DNA of 64,000 bases from an uncultured Actinomycetes bacterium (GCA_963706075.1 CAVPLP010000001.1:912392-976391), one strand, 5' to 3'. Shown: positions 1 to 9,636, counted from the first letter of the stretch. Notes: generated from the letters alone by a model not told the origin. Translations and numbers: made by a program.

Positions 1-52
1 GACCAGCAGGGCGGGGTGCTGCTCGTGTTCGACCCGCTCGCGCAGTAGCCGG

Positions 53-430
53 ATGACGCCGGCGAAGCGGGCCGTGCTCGAGCGCGCCAGGGCGAGGCTC
101 GACACGCTCGACCTCTACCCGCGCCCCGTTCGGATGGCGCATGTCCGTCTCGTCACGGCGCCGCTGCTCTTCCGGCTTCCGTGGTTCTCGAGCTTCGACG
201 GCTACGCCACCCACCTCGCGATCTTCCTGCGGCGGCCGGTGGTGGGCGACGAGCAGGACGACCTCGTCACCCACGAGCTGTGCCACGTCTGGCAGATGCA
301 GCACCGGCCGCTCGCCATGCCTCTCTCGTACGTCCTGCGCGGCTACGCGCGGAACCCGTACGAGGCCGAGGCCCGGCGAGCGGCCGAGCAGACGCGCCCT
401 GGAGTCAGACCCGGGCCGGGATCTGCATGA
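53..430 (+). CDS. Small HExxH zinc-metallopeptidase-like protein (DUF4157-like)
   Basis: 125-aa ORF with a THELCHVWQ (HExxH) motif resembling DUF4157-type domains. The 3' end overlaps the convergent YciI gene by 26 nt. Start not verified. Confidence 0.5.
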   Translation: MTPAKRAVLERARARLDTLDLYPRPVRMAHVRLVTAPLLFRLPWFSSFDGYATHLAIFLRRPVVGDEQDDLVTHELCHVWQMQHRPLAMPLSYVLRGYARNPYEAEARRAAEQTRPGVRPGPGSA

Positions 431-767
431 CCGGCCGCACCTCGACCGAGCCGTACTTCGCGCCGGGGCACATCTTGGCGGCCTCGATCGCCTGGTCGAT
501 CGTCTCGCACTCGACCAGGTAGAACCCGCCGAGCTGCTCCTTGGTCTCGGCGAACGGCCCGTCGACGACGAGCGCCTGGCCGTCGCGCACGCGCACCGTC
601 CGCGCCGTCGAGATCGGGTCGAGCGCGGCGCCGTCCTTCATCGCCCCGCGCTGGGTCAGGCTGTCGGTGTACGCGTAGTACTCCTGCATCACGCCCGCCA
701 TGTCTGCCTCGCTGGCGCTCGCCCGCTGCGCCTCCTCGTCATAGATGAGAAGCATGTACTGCGGCAT
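405..767 (-). CDS. YciI-like (DGPF domain) protein
   Basis: ORF 405..818 trimmed to ATG 767, which is preceded by a GGAGGG SD. MPQYMLLIY...VVDGPFAETKEQLGGFYLVE is typical of the YciI/DGPF family. Confidence 0.8.
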   Translation of the reverse strand: MPQYMLLIYDEEAQRASASEADMAGVMQEYYAYTDSLTQRGAMKDGAALDPISTARTVRVRDGQALVVDGPFAETKEQLGGFYLVECETIDQAIEAAKMCPGAKYGSVEVRPVMQIPARV

Positions 768-1872
768 GTCGTCCCTCCGGTCCTCGGCCGGCGGGCGAAT
801 TCCCGCCGGCTCCATCATGACGAACGAGCGCGCGCGAAATCGACAGGAGGGCGCGATCGAGCCGGTGCCGGTCGGGGCCGCACACGAACAGGTGCTCCGT
901 GTTCGAGAGGTGCGAGACGGCCCCGACCTTGCGGCCGGAGGGGTCGTGGATGCCGATCCGGGCGCCGACGTAGCGCGGCCGCGGGACGGCGACCGCGCCG
1001 ACGTGGCCGCGCTGTGCGAGCAGCGCCTCGATCTCGTCGGGCCGGTGGAAGCCCTCGTTCGAGAACGAGACGAGGAGCCACGGTGCCCGGGCGCGCTCGA
1101 TCAGGTCGGTCAGGGCCGCAAGGGCTTGCCGCCGCAGGTTGTACGGGCTCTTGCGTGTCCGGCAGTCGACCCGCTTGCACGCGATGCCGTAGTGGTCGGG
1201 CGCGTCCCACCGGACGAGCGTCTCCCACACGTGGTAGTTGCCGAGATAGGAGTGCTGGTTGTACGGCGGGTCGATGTACGCGAGGTCGATGCCGTCGAGC
1301 TCGGCGGCGAGCTCGTTCGCGTCGGCGCGCTCGACCCGGCCCGCCGGGCCGTCGATCGCCGCCGGCTCGCGCAGCTCGAGCACGTTGGCCGCCCGCGGCG
1401 CCCACTGCTTCAGATAGGCCATCTGCACGCCGACGGTCGAGTCGACGCGGTCGGCGGCCTCGACGAGGCTCGTGAGCAGGATGGCGCGCGTGACCGGATC
1501 GAGGTCGAGGCGGTCGATCTCGTCGCGGGCGGCGTCGATCCGCATCCCGTTCTCGGGCCGGAAGTAGCGCGATCGGCGGCAGAACGTCTCGGTGACGTAG
1601 CCGTCGACGGGCGGGAGCGCCTGAAGGCGGCGCAGGAGCCGGCGAATGCGGAGCCGGTCGACGTCGGGCCCGGCGGCGATGTAGGCCAGCCCGAAGGCTT
1701 CGGAGTAGGCGGCCGTGTCGTTCGAGACCACCTCGATCCCGGCCGTCCGCAGCGCCTGCCCCACGCGGGTCGTGCCGGCGAAGAGATCGGCCGCCGTGCG
1801 CGCCCCGATCGCGGACGCGCCTGCGGCAATGGCCTGGGTGAGCGTCCGCTTCGACCCGAGGTACTTGATCAC
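739..1872 (-). CDS. Alpha-class N6-adenine DNA methyltransferase (D12/Dam-like)
   Basis: 377 aa. N-terminal IKYLGSKR and DLFAGTTRVG (AdoMet motif I), with DPPY (motif IV) in the C-terminal half. Confidence 0.85.
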   Translation of the reverse strand: MIKYLGSKRTLTQAIAAGASAIGARTAADLFAGTTRVGQALRTAGIEVVSNDTAAYSEAFGLAYIAAGPDVDRLRIRRLLRRLQALPPVDGYVTETFCRRSRYFRPENGMRIDAARDEIDRLDLDPVTRAILLTSLVEAADRVDSTVGVQMAYLKQWAPRAANVLELREPAAIDGPAGRVERADANELAAELDGIDLAYIDPPYNQHSYLGNYHVWETLVRWDAPDHYGIACKRVDCRTRKSPYNLRRQALAALTDLIERARAPWLLVSFSNEGFHRPDEIEALLAQRGHVGAVAVPRPRYVGARIGIHDPSGRKVGAVSHLSNTEHLFVCGPDRHRLDRALLSISRALVRHDGAGGNSPAGRGPEGRHAAVHASHL

Positions 1873-1915
1873 GGGCCCAGCCTAGGGGCGGGCGCGGACG
1901 CCTCGATCAACGCAT

Positions 1916-2014
1916 CTACACGTGCGTGCCGCAGCCGGCGCAGCGGCGGGGCCGCGCGCCGTCGTGGACGACGACGTGATGGCTGCAGATCAGCTTGCGA
2001 AGTCGATTCCTCAT
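1916..2014 (-). CDS. Candidate 32-aa Cys/His-rich peptide (MRNRLRKLICSHHVVVHDGARPRRCAGCGTHV)
   Basis: Not in the ORF track (too short). The ATG lies 7 nt after the upstream stop, with a GAGGAAG SD overlapping that stop. GC3 is about 28/32. Contains C-x2-H ... CxxC. Confidence 0.3.
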   Translation of the reverse strand: MRNRLRKLICSHHVVVHDGARPRRCAGCGTHV

Positions 2015-2021
2015 GGCTTCC

Positions 2022-2249
2022 TCAGGCGGCGGCCTGCTCGAGGCCGGCGTAGAAGTAGGGGTGGTTGAAGACGTCCATGGGATTCGCGTCGCCCACGAGC
2101 ACGTCGAAGGCCTCGCCGATCTCGAAATCGACGACGGCGACGCGCACCTGGTCGGTCGCGGGATCCCACAGCATGGTCACGTCAACGCCGTTCGAGCTGC
2201 GATGTGCCAGCTCGCGCAACGGGGCGATGGGGGTGACGACGGCGGTCAT
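2022..2249 (-). CDS. Hypothetical small protein (75 aa)
   Basis: ORF 2022..2285 trimmed to ATG 2249, with a GAGGAG SD 7 nt upstream. Protein-like composition (…VDVTMLWDPATDQVRVAVVDFEIGEAFDVLV…NHPYFYAG). No family recognised. Confidence 0.6.
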   Translation of the reverse strand: MTAVVTPIAPLRELAHRSSNGVDVTMLWDPATDQVRVAVVDFEIGEAFDVLVGDANPMDVFNHPYFYAGLEQAAA

Positions 2250-2357
2250 GTTGGGCTCCTCGCGGGTGTGGGTGGTGCTGATCACGATTGGAGGAGTCTC
2301 GTCGGCGCAGGCGGGCGCCGCGGTCGAGCGACCACGTGTCCGTAGGTGTGGAAACCC

Positions 2358-3620
2358 CTACCCCCGCAGGAAGGCCAGCACGGCCAGGACGCGGCGATGG
2401 TCTTCGGATGCCGCCGGCAGCCCGAGCTTCGAGAAGATGGACGTGACGTGCTTCTCGACGGCCCGCTCGGTCACGACCATCCGAAGCGCGATGCCCGAGT
2501 TCGAGCGGCCCTCGGCCATGAATCCGAGCACCTCTCGCTCGCGAGGGGTGAGCTCGTCGAGCGGGTCGTCGGTGCGGCGGCGGCCGACGAGCTGGGCCAC
2601 GACGGCCGGGTCGAGAGCCGAGCCGCCCTGGGCGACGCGCCGCACCGCGGCGGCGAAGTCGTCGACGTCGGCGACCCTGTCCTTCAACAGGTATCCGACC
2701 CCCTCGGTGTTCTCGCCGAGGAGCTCGACGGCGTAGCCGGGCTCCACGTAGGACGAGAGCACCAGCACGCCCACGCCGGGGAACCGCTCGCGGATCGCGC
2801 GCGCCGCCTGGAGGCCCTCGTCGGTGTTGGTCGGGGGCATGCGGATGTCGACGATCGCGACGTCGGGCTTCGAGAACCCGATCCGGCGCAGCAGGTCGTC
2901 GGCGTTCGAGACCTGCCCGACGACGTCGAAGTCGGCCTCCGACAGGATCCGCGCCACCCCCTCGCGGAGCAGCACCGAGTCGTCGGCGAGCACCACGCGG
3001 ATCGGCGTCCCCGACGCCCGCCCGGTCGTGTTCAGCGCGGCGAAGGCTGTCTCGAGCCCGGCGACGTCGAGCTGGTGGAGGTGCTCGGGCCGGTCGAGGT
3101 CCTTGAGGTGGGCATCTCCCAGCTCGCGGGTGCTCGTCCCGTCGGGCAGGTCGCCCTCGAGCAGGGCGTGCGTGGTGTTCGAGAGGAGCACCTGGCCGCC
3201 GTGTCCGGCGTCGCAGATCCGCGCCGCCCGGTGCACGTCGAGGCCGACGTAGCGGTCCTCCGCGATCACCGGCTCGCCGGTGTGGATGCCCATGCGGACG
3301 CGGACCTCCGCCTCGTCGGGCCACGCGTGCGAGGTGAGGCCCCGCTGGGCGTCGGCCGCCGCGGCCACCGCCTCGCGTGCCCCGCGGAACACCCAGAACG
3401 TCGAGTCGCCCTGCGTGTCCACCTCCTCGCCGTTGTGGCGGCTGAACGAGGAGCGGAGGATCTCCTGGTGCTGCGACATCACCCCGGCGTAGCCGTCGCG
3501 AAGCTTGTTCACGAGCCGCGTCGACCCCTCGATGTCGGTGAAGAGGAAGGTGACGGTGCCGATGGGGAGTTCTCGGGGCACTGGGTCGAGCAGCGTACGA
3601 GGTCCGGCCCCGCCCTGCAA
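2358..3620 (-). CDS. Hybrid regulator: class III adenylate/guanylate cyclase domain + REC receiver + LuxR/NarL HTH
   Basis: Cyclase domain: TVTFLFTDIEGSTRL, TQGDSTFWVF, RMGIHTGEP, GLDVHRAARI. REC domain: VVLADD, VAIVDIRMPP, YLLK. LuxR HTH: LTPREREVLGFMAEGRSNSGIA. The start may be TTG 3620 or GTG 3581. Confidence 0.85.
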   Translation of the reverse strand: MQGGAGPRTLLDPVPRELPIGTVTFLFTDIEGSTRLVNKLRDGYAGVMSQHQEILRSSFSRHNGEEVDTQGDSTFWVFRGAREAVAAAADAQRGLTSHAWPDEAEVRVRMGIHTGEPVIAEDRYVGLDVHRAARICDAGHGGQVLLSNTTHALLEGDLPDGTSTRELGDAHLKDLDRPEHLHQLDVAGLETAFAALNTTGRASGTPIRVVLADDSVLLREGVARILSEADFDVVGQVSNADDLLRRIGFSKPDVAIVDIRMPPTNTDEGLQAARAIRERFPGVGVLVLSSYVEPGYAVELLGENTEGVGYLLKDRVADVDDFAAAVRRVAQGGSALDPAVVAQLVGRRRTDDPLDELTPREREVLGFMAEGRSNSGIALRMVVTERAVEKHVTSIFSKLGLPAASEDHRRVLAVLAFLRG

Positions 3621-3662
3621 GCGGACGGAGCCGGACCTCGTGGTTTTCGGTGGTGCTCTCGC

Positions 3663-5987
3663 CTACGCGTCGGCCGGGGCCGGCTCGGGCGAGTGCTGCA
3701 GCGTGGGGAGCCACCGCAGCGACCTGGGCATGTACCAGTTCCACTCGCCCAGGAGCTTCATCGTCGCCGGCAGGAGCACGGCGCGGATGACGGTCGCATC
3801 GAGCAGGACGGCGACGGCGGCACCGACTCCGAACTGCTTGATGTCGAGCACCGAGAGGGTGGCGAAGAGCCCGAAGACTCCGACCATCACGATGGCGGCG
3901 CTGGTCACGACGCCCGCGGTGCTCTTGATGCCTGCCGAGACGGCCTCGTCGGTCGTCATGCCGCCGTCCCTGAGCTCCTTCACCCGGGAGAGGATGAAGA
4001 CGTGGTAGTCCATGGACAGGCCGAACAGGACGACGAAGAGGAAGAGCGGCAGCCAGTTCGCGATCGATCCGGTCGAATGGAAGCCCAGAAGCGACTCGCC
4101 CCAGCCCCACTGGAAGATCGCGACCAGGATCCCGTACGCCGCGCCAACCGACAGCAGGTTGAGCAGGATCGCCTTGATCGGGATCACGATCGAGTGGAAC
4201 GTGATCAGGAGGAGCAGGAACGCCATCCCGAGCACGAACGCGAACACGATCGGGGTGCGCACCGACATCAGCGAGTTGAAGTCGTGCGAGCCCGCGGTGT
4301 CGCCGGTCACCGACACGTCGGCTCCGCTGACGCGGTCGAGCGTGGTCGGGATCAGCGAGTTGCGGAGCGTCGAGAGCGCGTGCTCCGACGCCGCGTTCTC
4401 ACCATCGCCGGCCAGCGGGGCCGTGATCTTCGCGACGGTGTGGTCCGGGTTCACGGTCACCTCGATCGGGTTTCCGATCTGACCGGTGGCGAGCGCCTTC
4501 TTCTCGAACGCGGCGATCGCCGACTTGGCCTCGGGCGAGGTGACGTCGTTCGCCTGGAACGCGATCACCGCGGGAGCCGGGCCCCCCGGGAACTTCTGCT
4601 CGATCTGCTTGTAGGTCTTGACGATCGTCAGGTCCTGCGGCAGGAACTTGAAGCTCGGGGTCTGCGTGTTGATGCTGAACGCGGGGATGGCCAGGATGGC
4701 CAGAGCGCCCGCTGCGATGCCCGCCGAGACGGCCGGGCGGCGCAGGACGCGGTCGATGATCGCGCCCCAGAAGCGGCTCTCGGTCTGATCCTGGCGGCTG
4801 GTGAGCCGGCCCAGGAACGGGATCCGGCCGCGCTCGACCTTGTCCCCGAGCAACGCGAGCATCGCGGGGAGGCCGGTCAGCGAGCCGACGACGGCGACTG
4901 CCACGACGAGCATCGCGGCGATGCCGATGGCGACGAACGTGGGGTCGCCGGCGAGCAGCATCCCGGACATCGCCATGAAGACGGTGACGCCGGAGATGAG
5001 CACGGCCTGGCCCGACGTGGAGGCGGCCAGGTCGAGGGCCGACCGGCGGTTGGCGGCGGATGCCCGCTTGGCCTCGCGCAGGGTGCCCTTGGCCGATGCG
5101 ATGACCGCCGCGTCGCCGTTCTTCTTGGCGAGGCGGAGGCCCGTCTTGGCGGCCTTGATGCGGCTCTTGTCGGCGGTCTTGGTGACCGCCCGCTCGTCGC
5201 GCTCACGGCGCAGGTAGAAGAGCGAGTAGTCGACGCCGACGGCCATCCCGATCATCAGGATGATCTCCGCGGTGACGTCGGTCGTGGGGAACAGGTGGCT
5301 GATCATCGAGTTCAGGCCGAACGTGGCCAGCACGGCCGAGAACGCCAGGAGCACCGGAATGCCCGCGGCCACGGCTGCGCCGAACGCGAAGAGCAGGATG
5401 ATGAGCGTGAGCGGCAGCGACACGTTCCGCGCGTGGTTCAGGTCGCCGTCGATCTTGTTCGAGAGGACGTGGTCGGCCGACGCCTGCCCGAACTCCGCGA
5501 TGTGCATCTCGGGATGCGCCTTCTGGAGGTCGGCGGCGGCGTTCATGACCGGCTGGATGCGGTCCTTGGCCGTGTCGATCGGGCCCGTGATGTCGAACTG
5601 CACGAGCACGGAGCGGCCGTCCTTCGTCACCTGGCCGGAGTTGCTGGAGGCCAGCGGGCTGCGGACGTTGGTGACCTGCGGGAACGTGGAGACACGATCC
5701 ACGGTCTGGTTGACGACCGCGCGGAAGCTCGGATCGTCGACGGTGTGGCCGGGATCGGTGATGATGATCATCTCGCCCGCCCGGTCCTTGAACCCGGCGT
5801 CGTCGATGACGCGGGCGGCATGACCCGCCTCGCCGTCACCGAGCTGGCTTTCCTTGAGGTTGACCTGGCCGGTGATCGCGCCGCCGACGATGGCGGCGAT
5901 GACGAAGGCGAACCAGAGACCCAGGGCGAGCCAGCGGTGATGCGCGCTCCAGCCGCCCATGCGGGCGGCGAGATTCTTGCGTGGCAT
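3663..5987 (-). CDS. MMPL family (RND superfamily) transporter
   Basis: ORF 3663..6017 trimmed to ATG 5987 (GAGGAG SD). About 12 TM segments with two large extracytoplasmic loops, as in MmpL proteins. Confidence 0.9.
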   Translation of the reverse strand: MPRKNLAARMGGWSAHHRWLALGLWFAFVIAAIVGGAITGQVNLKESQLGDGEAGHAARVIDDAGFKDRAGEMIIITDPGHTVDDPSFRAVVNQTVDRVSTFPQVTNVRSPLASSNSGQVTKDGRSVLVQFDITGPIDTAKDRIQPVMNAAADLQKAHPEMHIAEFGQASADHVLSNKIDGDLNHARNVSLPLTLIILLFAFGAAVAAGIPVLLAFSAVLATFGLNSMISHLFPTTDVTAEIILMIGMAVGVDYSLFYLRRERDERAVTKTADKSRIKAAKTGLRLAKKNGDAAVIASAKGTLREAKRASAANRRSALDLAASTSGQAVLISGVTVFMAMSGMLLAGDPTFVAIGIAAMLVVAVAVVGSLTGLPAMLALLGDKVERGRIPFLGRLTSRQDQTESRFWGAIIDRVLRRPAVSAGIAAGALAILAIPAFSINTQTPSFKFLPQDLTIVKTYKQIEQKFPGGPAPAVIAFQANDVTSPEAKSAIAAFEKKALATGQIGNPIEVTVNPDHTVAKITAPLAGDGENAASEHALSTLRNSLIPTTLDRVSGADVSVTGDTAGSHDFNSLMSVRTPIVFAFVLGMAFLLLLITFHSIVIPIKAILLNLLSVGAAYGILVAIFQWGWGESLLGFHSTGSIANWLPLFLFVVLFGLSMDYHVFILSRVKELRDGGMTTDEAVSAGIKSTAGVVTSAAIVMVGVFGLFATLSVLDIKQFGVGAAVAVLLDATVIRAVLLPATMKLLGEWNWYMPRSLRWLPTLQHSPEPAPADA

Positions 5988-6105
5988 GACTGCTCCTCGA
6001 GAGGGGGGATAAAGCACGGACGCATAGTGCTCTCGGTCGTGCGCTCCCGCGGTGCGGCGGGCAGGCGTCCGCGGTGCGGGTAGCCGAACACGGCGCCGGG
6101 GTGGC

Positions 6106-9100
6106 TTACGCGAGCGGGATCCGGGCGCGGACGCGCGTGCCGGCGCCCTCCGGGCTCTCGACGTCGAGGTTGCCCGAGAGCGCCTCGACGCGGTCGGCCA
6201 GGCCGAGCAGGCCGGATCCCCGGCCGGGGTCGGCCCCTCCCGCGCCGTCGTCGGCGACCTCGACGAACGCCCATCCGTCGCGGCACACCACGGCGACGTC
6301 GACGCGCGAGGCGCCGGCGTACTTGGCCACGTTCGCGAGCGACTCCGAGACGACGTAGTACGCGGCGGCCTCGACCTGAGCGGGCAGGCGGTCCTCGGGG
6401 ACGGCCGAGAGCTCCACCGGGACGGACGAGCGCCCCGCCAGAGCCTCGAGGGCGGGCGCGAGGCCGCGGTCGGTGAGGACGGCGGGGTGGATCCCCCGCG
6501 CCAGCTCCCGGAGCTCCTCGAGTGCGGTGGCGAGCTCCTCGCTCGCCGCCTCGAGCAGCGCGGTGGCCGACGCGGGATCGGCCTCCAGGCGGTTCCGGGC
6601 CAGCCGCAGTGCCAGCGAGAGCGAGACGAGGCGCTGCTGGGCGCCGTCGTGGAGGTTTCGCTCGAGCCGGCGCCGCTCGGCGTCGCCGGCCTCGACGATG
6701 CGGGCCCGCGACGCGGTCAGCTGGGAGTACGCGTCGGTGCTCGAGAGGGCGAGCGCGACGAGATCGGTGAACTCGGCGATGCGGGTCTCGGTGCCCGGCG
6801 CGAACGGCCCCTCGTTCGAGATCACGATCATCGCGCCCCACAGATAGCCCTGCACCATGATCGGCGCCGCGACCGCCGCCCTCGCACCGAGCTCGCGCAC
6901 CTGCGCCGCCAGGTCGCCTGACAGGCGCGTGTAGTCGTCGATCCGCACCGGGAGCCCCGTCTGGCGGATCTGCGAGATCGCCGCCTCGCCGTCCATCTCG
7001 AGGATCGTCCCGGGTGCGATCGCGGCCACGTCGGCCGTCCAGCCGCCGAGCAGCACTGCGCTCGTCCCGTCCGGGCGGTACTGCACCATGTTCGCGGTCT
7101 GGGCGTCGAACAGATTGCCGACCTCGGACGTGACCGCCTGGAACACGCTCTCCGGCTCGGCGCCCTCGGCGATCAGCGTGGCGACGCGGCGCAGGGCGGC
7201 CTGCTCCGCCGCCAGCCGCCGCTCCGCGGCCTCGGCCTCGCGCCGCTCGGCGAACTGGAGCACGTTCTGGAACGTCGACTCGAGCACCTCGAGCGTCCCG
7301 GGGTCGGGGGCCGTCGGGTCGTCGGACGAGACCTGGAGGATCAGGATGACCTCGCCGTTCGAGATGACCGGGAACGCCAGCGTCCCTCGCGGCTCGTCGC
7401 GCTGCCTGGGCGGCAGCGGCGGGAACGATGCGTCGGCGGACAGGTCGGGGATCCAGGCCGGCTGCGACGTCTGCCACGCCCGGCCGGCAAGTGCCTCCCC
7501 GAGCCCGAGCCGCATGGAGCGGACCGCCGTCGCGAACTGGGCGTCGTCCTCGGAGTCGGTCAGGACGACCGCGTCGACGGTGAGCGCGGTCCCGTCGGGC
7601 GTCGGCCGCCAGAATATGCCCAGCCAGCACGTGAGCGCGCGCGTCAGGTGCTCGAGGACGAGCGGGCGGGCGACGTCCATCGAGGGCGACCCGGCCAGCG
7701 CCCGCGCCACCTGCACCTGGAGCAGCAGCCGGCGCGTGGCGCGGTTGCGCTCGGTCACGTCCTCGCCGATGCTCGTCGATCCGATCAGACGGCCGGCGTC
7801 GTCGCGCAGAAGTGTGTTGTTCCACGCGATCTCGCGCCGCTCGCCGGACCTGGTCAGGATGAACATCTCCTCGTGCGGGTTGATCGAGCCCTCCCGCACC
7901 TGGGCCATGAACTGCTCGTCGGCGGGGTTGAACGTCTCTGCCCACGGGCGCCCGATCAGCTCCGCGCGCGAGTAGCCGGCCAGGTCGGCGAGGTACTGGT
8001 TGCAGAAGGTGATCCGGCCGTCGAGGTCGAGGCTGACGGCGATCAGGTGGACGTTCTCGAGCAGCTCCCGGAACCGGCGCTCGGACTGCTCGAGCGCGCC
8101 GAGGCGGGCGCGGAGGTCGGCCTGAAGCTGCTCGTTCTCGAGCGCCAGGCCGGCGGTGCCGCCGACGGTCTCGAGGAGCTCCGTGTTGTCGGCGAGCGCC
8201 GGGTCGTGGATGAGCGCCGCCACCCGCTTTCCCGACCGTTCGACGATCGTGACGGCCCGGTCGGGGCGTTCGGCCGGATCGAGCGGCCGCCCGTCCGCGT
8301 CGACGTAGACGTGCAGGTCGCCGAGCCAGTATGCGAGCTCGAGGCTGGGATCGCCGACCGCCTGTCGCAGCGCCTTTCGCACCCGGCCGGGCTCGTGGCT
8401 GCGCGAGAGCTCGTCGATCAGCTCTGCGACAGCACCGGAGCGGGACAGGCTCGTGCGCAGGATCCCGACCAGGAACCCGAGCGGGATGCTCGCAAAGGCC
8501 AGCGACGAGATGATGAATGCGACCGTGCCGACGGTGTCTCCGGAGGCGATCTCGACCAGGAGGGCCACGGCGATCGTCGCGATGCCGACGCCGCTCGTCA
8601 CAAGGACGGGCGCAAGCACCCGCCGCGCCGCGGCCGAGGCCGACCGCCAGCGCTGGATCACGATCGCGACGACGGCCGCCAGGAGCACGACGCCGACCGC
8701 CGCCGAGAGGTTTTGCGCCGCCGATGCGACGTCGGGGTGGTGCGAGACCATCAGCACGTTTCGCGGCAGGTCGGCGTCGTTCGAGATGTCGTGCGACGTT
8801 CCGACCAGGCTCACGAGCAGCTGGACCCCGAGGGTGTCGGCGTAGGCCGCCGCGACGATCACCTTTGCGGGCCGCGACTCGAGGCGCCCGCGCGGGTACG
8901 CCAGGATCGCGTGGACGAGCACGGCGTAGTACGTGGTCGAGAAGAGCGCGCCGATCGAGAAGACGTAGGCGTTGCCGGACGTCGTCAGCGTCCCGACGAA
9001 CCAGGCGACCCCGACCGCGTAGAGCAGGAGGCCGAAGCGGTTCTCAGGCCGGCGGGCGAGGGCCACGAGGCCTGTGGCGATGAACGACCCGCCGATGATC

Positions 9101-9219
9101 AGCGCAAACGCGATGAATCCGTGGTTCACGGTCGGGCTGAGCGCGATCGCGGTCGCCGAGGCGGCTCCGAGCGCCGCTCCGACGGCCCAGAGAGCGGCGC
9201 GCCTACGCCATCCGGTCAC
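6106..9219 (-). CDS. Multi-TM sensor histidine kinase (PAS, 2x GAF, HisKA_3, HATPase_c)
   Basis: 1037 aa. N-terminal polytopic membrane domain. H-box ERRRLERNLHDGAQQRL (HisKA_3, NarL-type). C-terminal G-box DDGAGGADPGRGSGLLGL. The GTG start overlaps the upstream stop (GTGA). Confidence 0.9.
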   Translation of the reverse strand: MTGWRRRAALWAVGAALGAASATAIALSPTVNHGFIAFALIIGGSFIATGLVALARRPENRFGLLLYAVGVAWFVGTLTTSGNAYVFSIGALFSTTYYAVLVHAILAYPRGRLESRPAKVIVAAAYADTLGVQLLVSLVGTSHDISNDADLPRNVLMVSHHPDVASAAQNLSAAVGVVLLAAVVAIVIQRWRSASAAARRVLAPVLVTSGVGIATIAVALLVEIASGDTVGTVAFIISSLAFASIPLGFLVGILRTSLSRSGAVAELIDELSRSHEPGRVRKALRQAVGDPSLELAYWLGDLHVYVDADGRPLDPAERPDRAVTIVERSGKRVAALIHDPALADNTELLETVGGTAGLALENEQLQADLRARLGALEQSERRFRELLENVHLIAVSLDLDGRITFCNQYLADLAGYSRAELIGRPWAETFNPADEQFMAQVREGSINPHEEMFILTRSGERREIAWNNTLLRDDAGRLIGSTSIGEDVTERNRATRRLLLQVQVARALAGSPSMDVARPLVLEHLTRALTCWLGIFWRPTPDGTALTVDAVVLTDSEDDAQFATAVRSMRLGLGEALAGRAWQTSQPAWIPDLSADASFPPLPPRQRDEPRGTLAFPVISNGEVILILQVSSDDPTAPDPGTLEVLESTFQNVLQFAERREAEAAERRLAAEQAALRRVATLIAEGAEPESVFQAVTSEVGNLFDAQTANMVQYRPDGTSAVLLGGWTADVAAIAPGTILEMDGEAAISQIRQTGLPVRIDDYTRLSGDLAAQVRELGARAAVAAPIMVQGYLWGAMIVISNEGPFAPGTETRIAEFTDLVALALSSTDAYSQLTASRARIVEAGDAERRRLERNLHDGAQQRLVSLSLALRLARNRLEADPASATALLEAASEELATALEELRELARGIHPAVLTDRGLAPALEALAGRSSVPVELSAVPEDRLPAQVEAAAYYVVSESLANVAKYAGASRVDVAVVCRDGWAFVEVADDGAGGADPGRGSGLLGLADRVEALSGNLDVESPEGAGTRVRARIPLA

Positions 9220-9617
9220 GGCAGGAACGCCGCGAGGGCAGCCGCCGAGAGCTCAGCCTTCGCCACGAACCCCAGCGCCCCGCTCTCGGCGATGAGCGGT
9301 CCGAAGTCGGCGGCGTCGCGGCTCGACGTGAGCACGACCGCAGGCCCGCCACCTCCCCGCGTGAGCTCGGCGGCGACCGCGAACCCGTCGGTGTCGGGCA
9401 GCTGCGCGTCGAGCAGCACGAGCTCGGGCTGCAGGCGCTCGGCTTCCGTGAGCGCGGACGCCCCGTCCACCGCCTCGCCGATGACATCGAACCCCTCGGC
9501 CTGGAGCACCGTTCGCGCCAGTGCCCGAAAGCTGGGATGGTCGTCGACGATCAGTACCGTGAGCGGCACGCTCGCATCGTGCCATACGGGGAAAATGCGG
9601 GGAATACGGGTAGCCAC
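9216..9617 (-). CDS. Stand-alone response-regulator receiver (REC only)
   Basis: LIVDDHPSFR…LVLLDAQLPDTDG…GFVAKAE. No output domain. 4-nt overlap with the kinase. The start is uncertain (GTG 9617, or an internal in-frame GTG about 16 codons downstream). Confidence 0.8.
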   Translation of the reverse strand: MATRIPRIFPVWHDASVPLTVLIVDDHPSFRALARTVLQAEGFDVIGEAVDGASALTEAERLQPELVLLDAQLPDTDGFAVAAELTRGGGGPAVVLTSSRDAADFGPLIAESGALGFVAKAELSAAALAAFLP

Positions 9618-9636
9618 ACCCCGCGTCGAGGGGAAA

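Noticed and set aside
1-48. Possible 3' end of a plus-strand gene (…DQQGGVLLVFDPLAQ*).
   Set aside because: Sixteen codons with no recognisable motif are too little to call.
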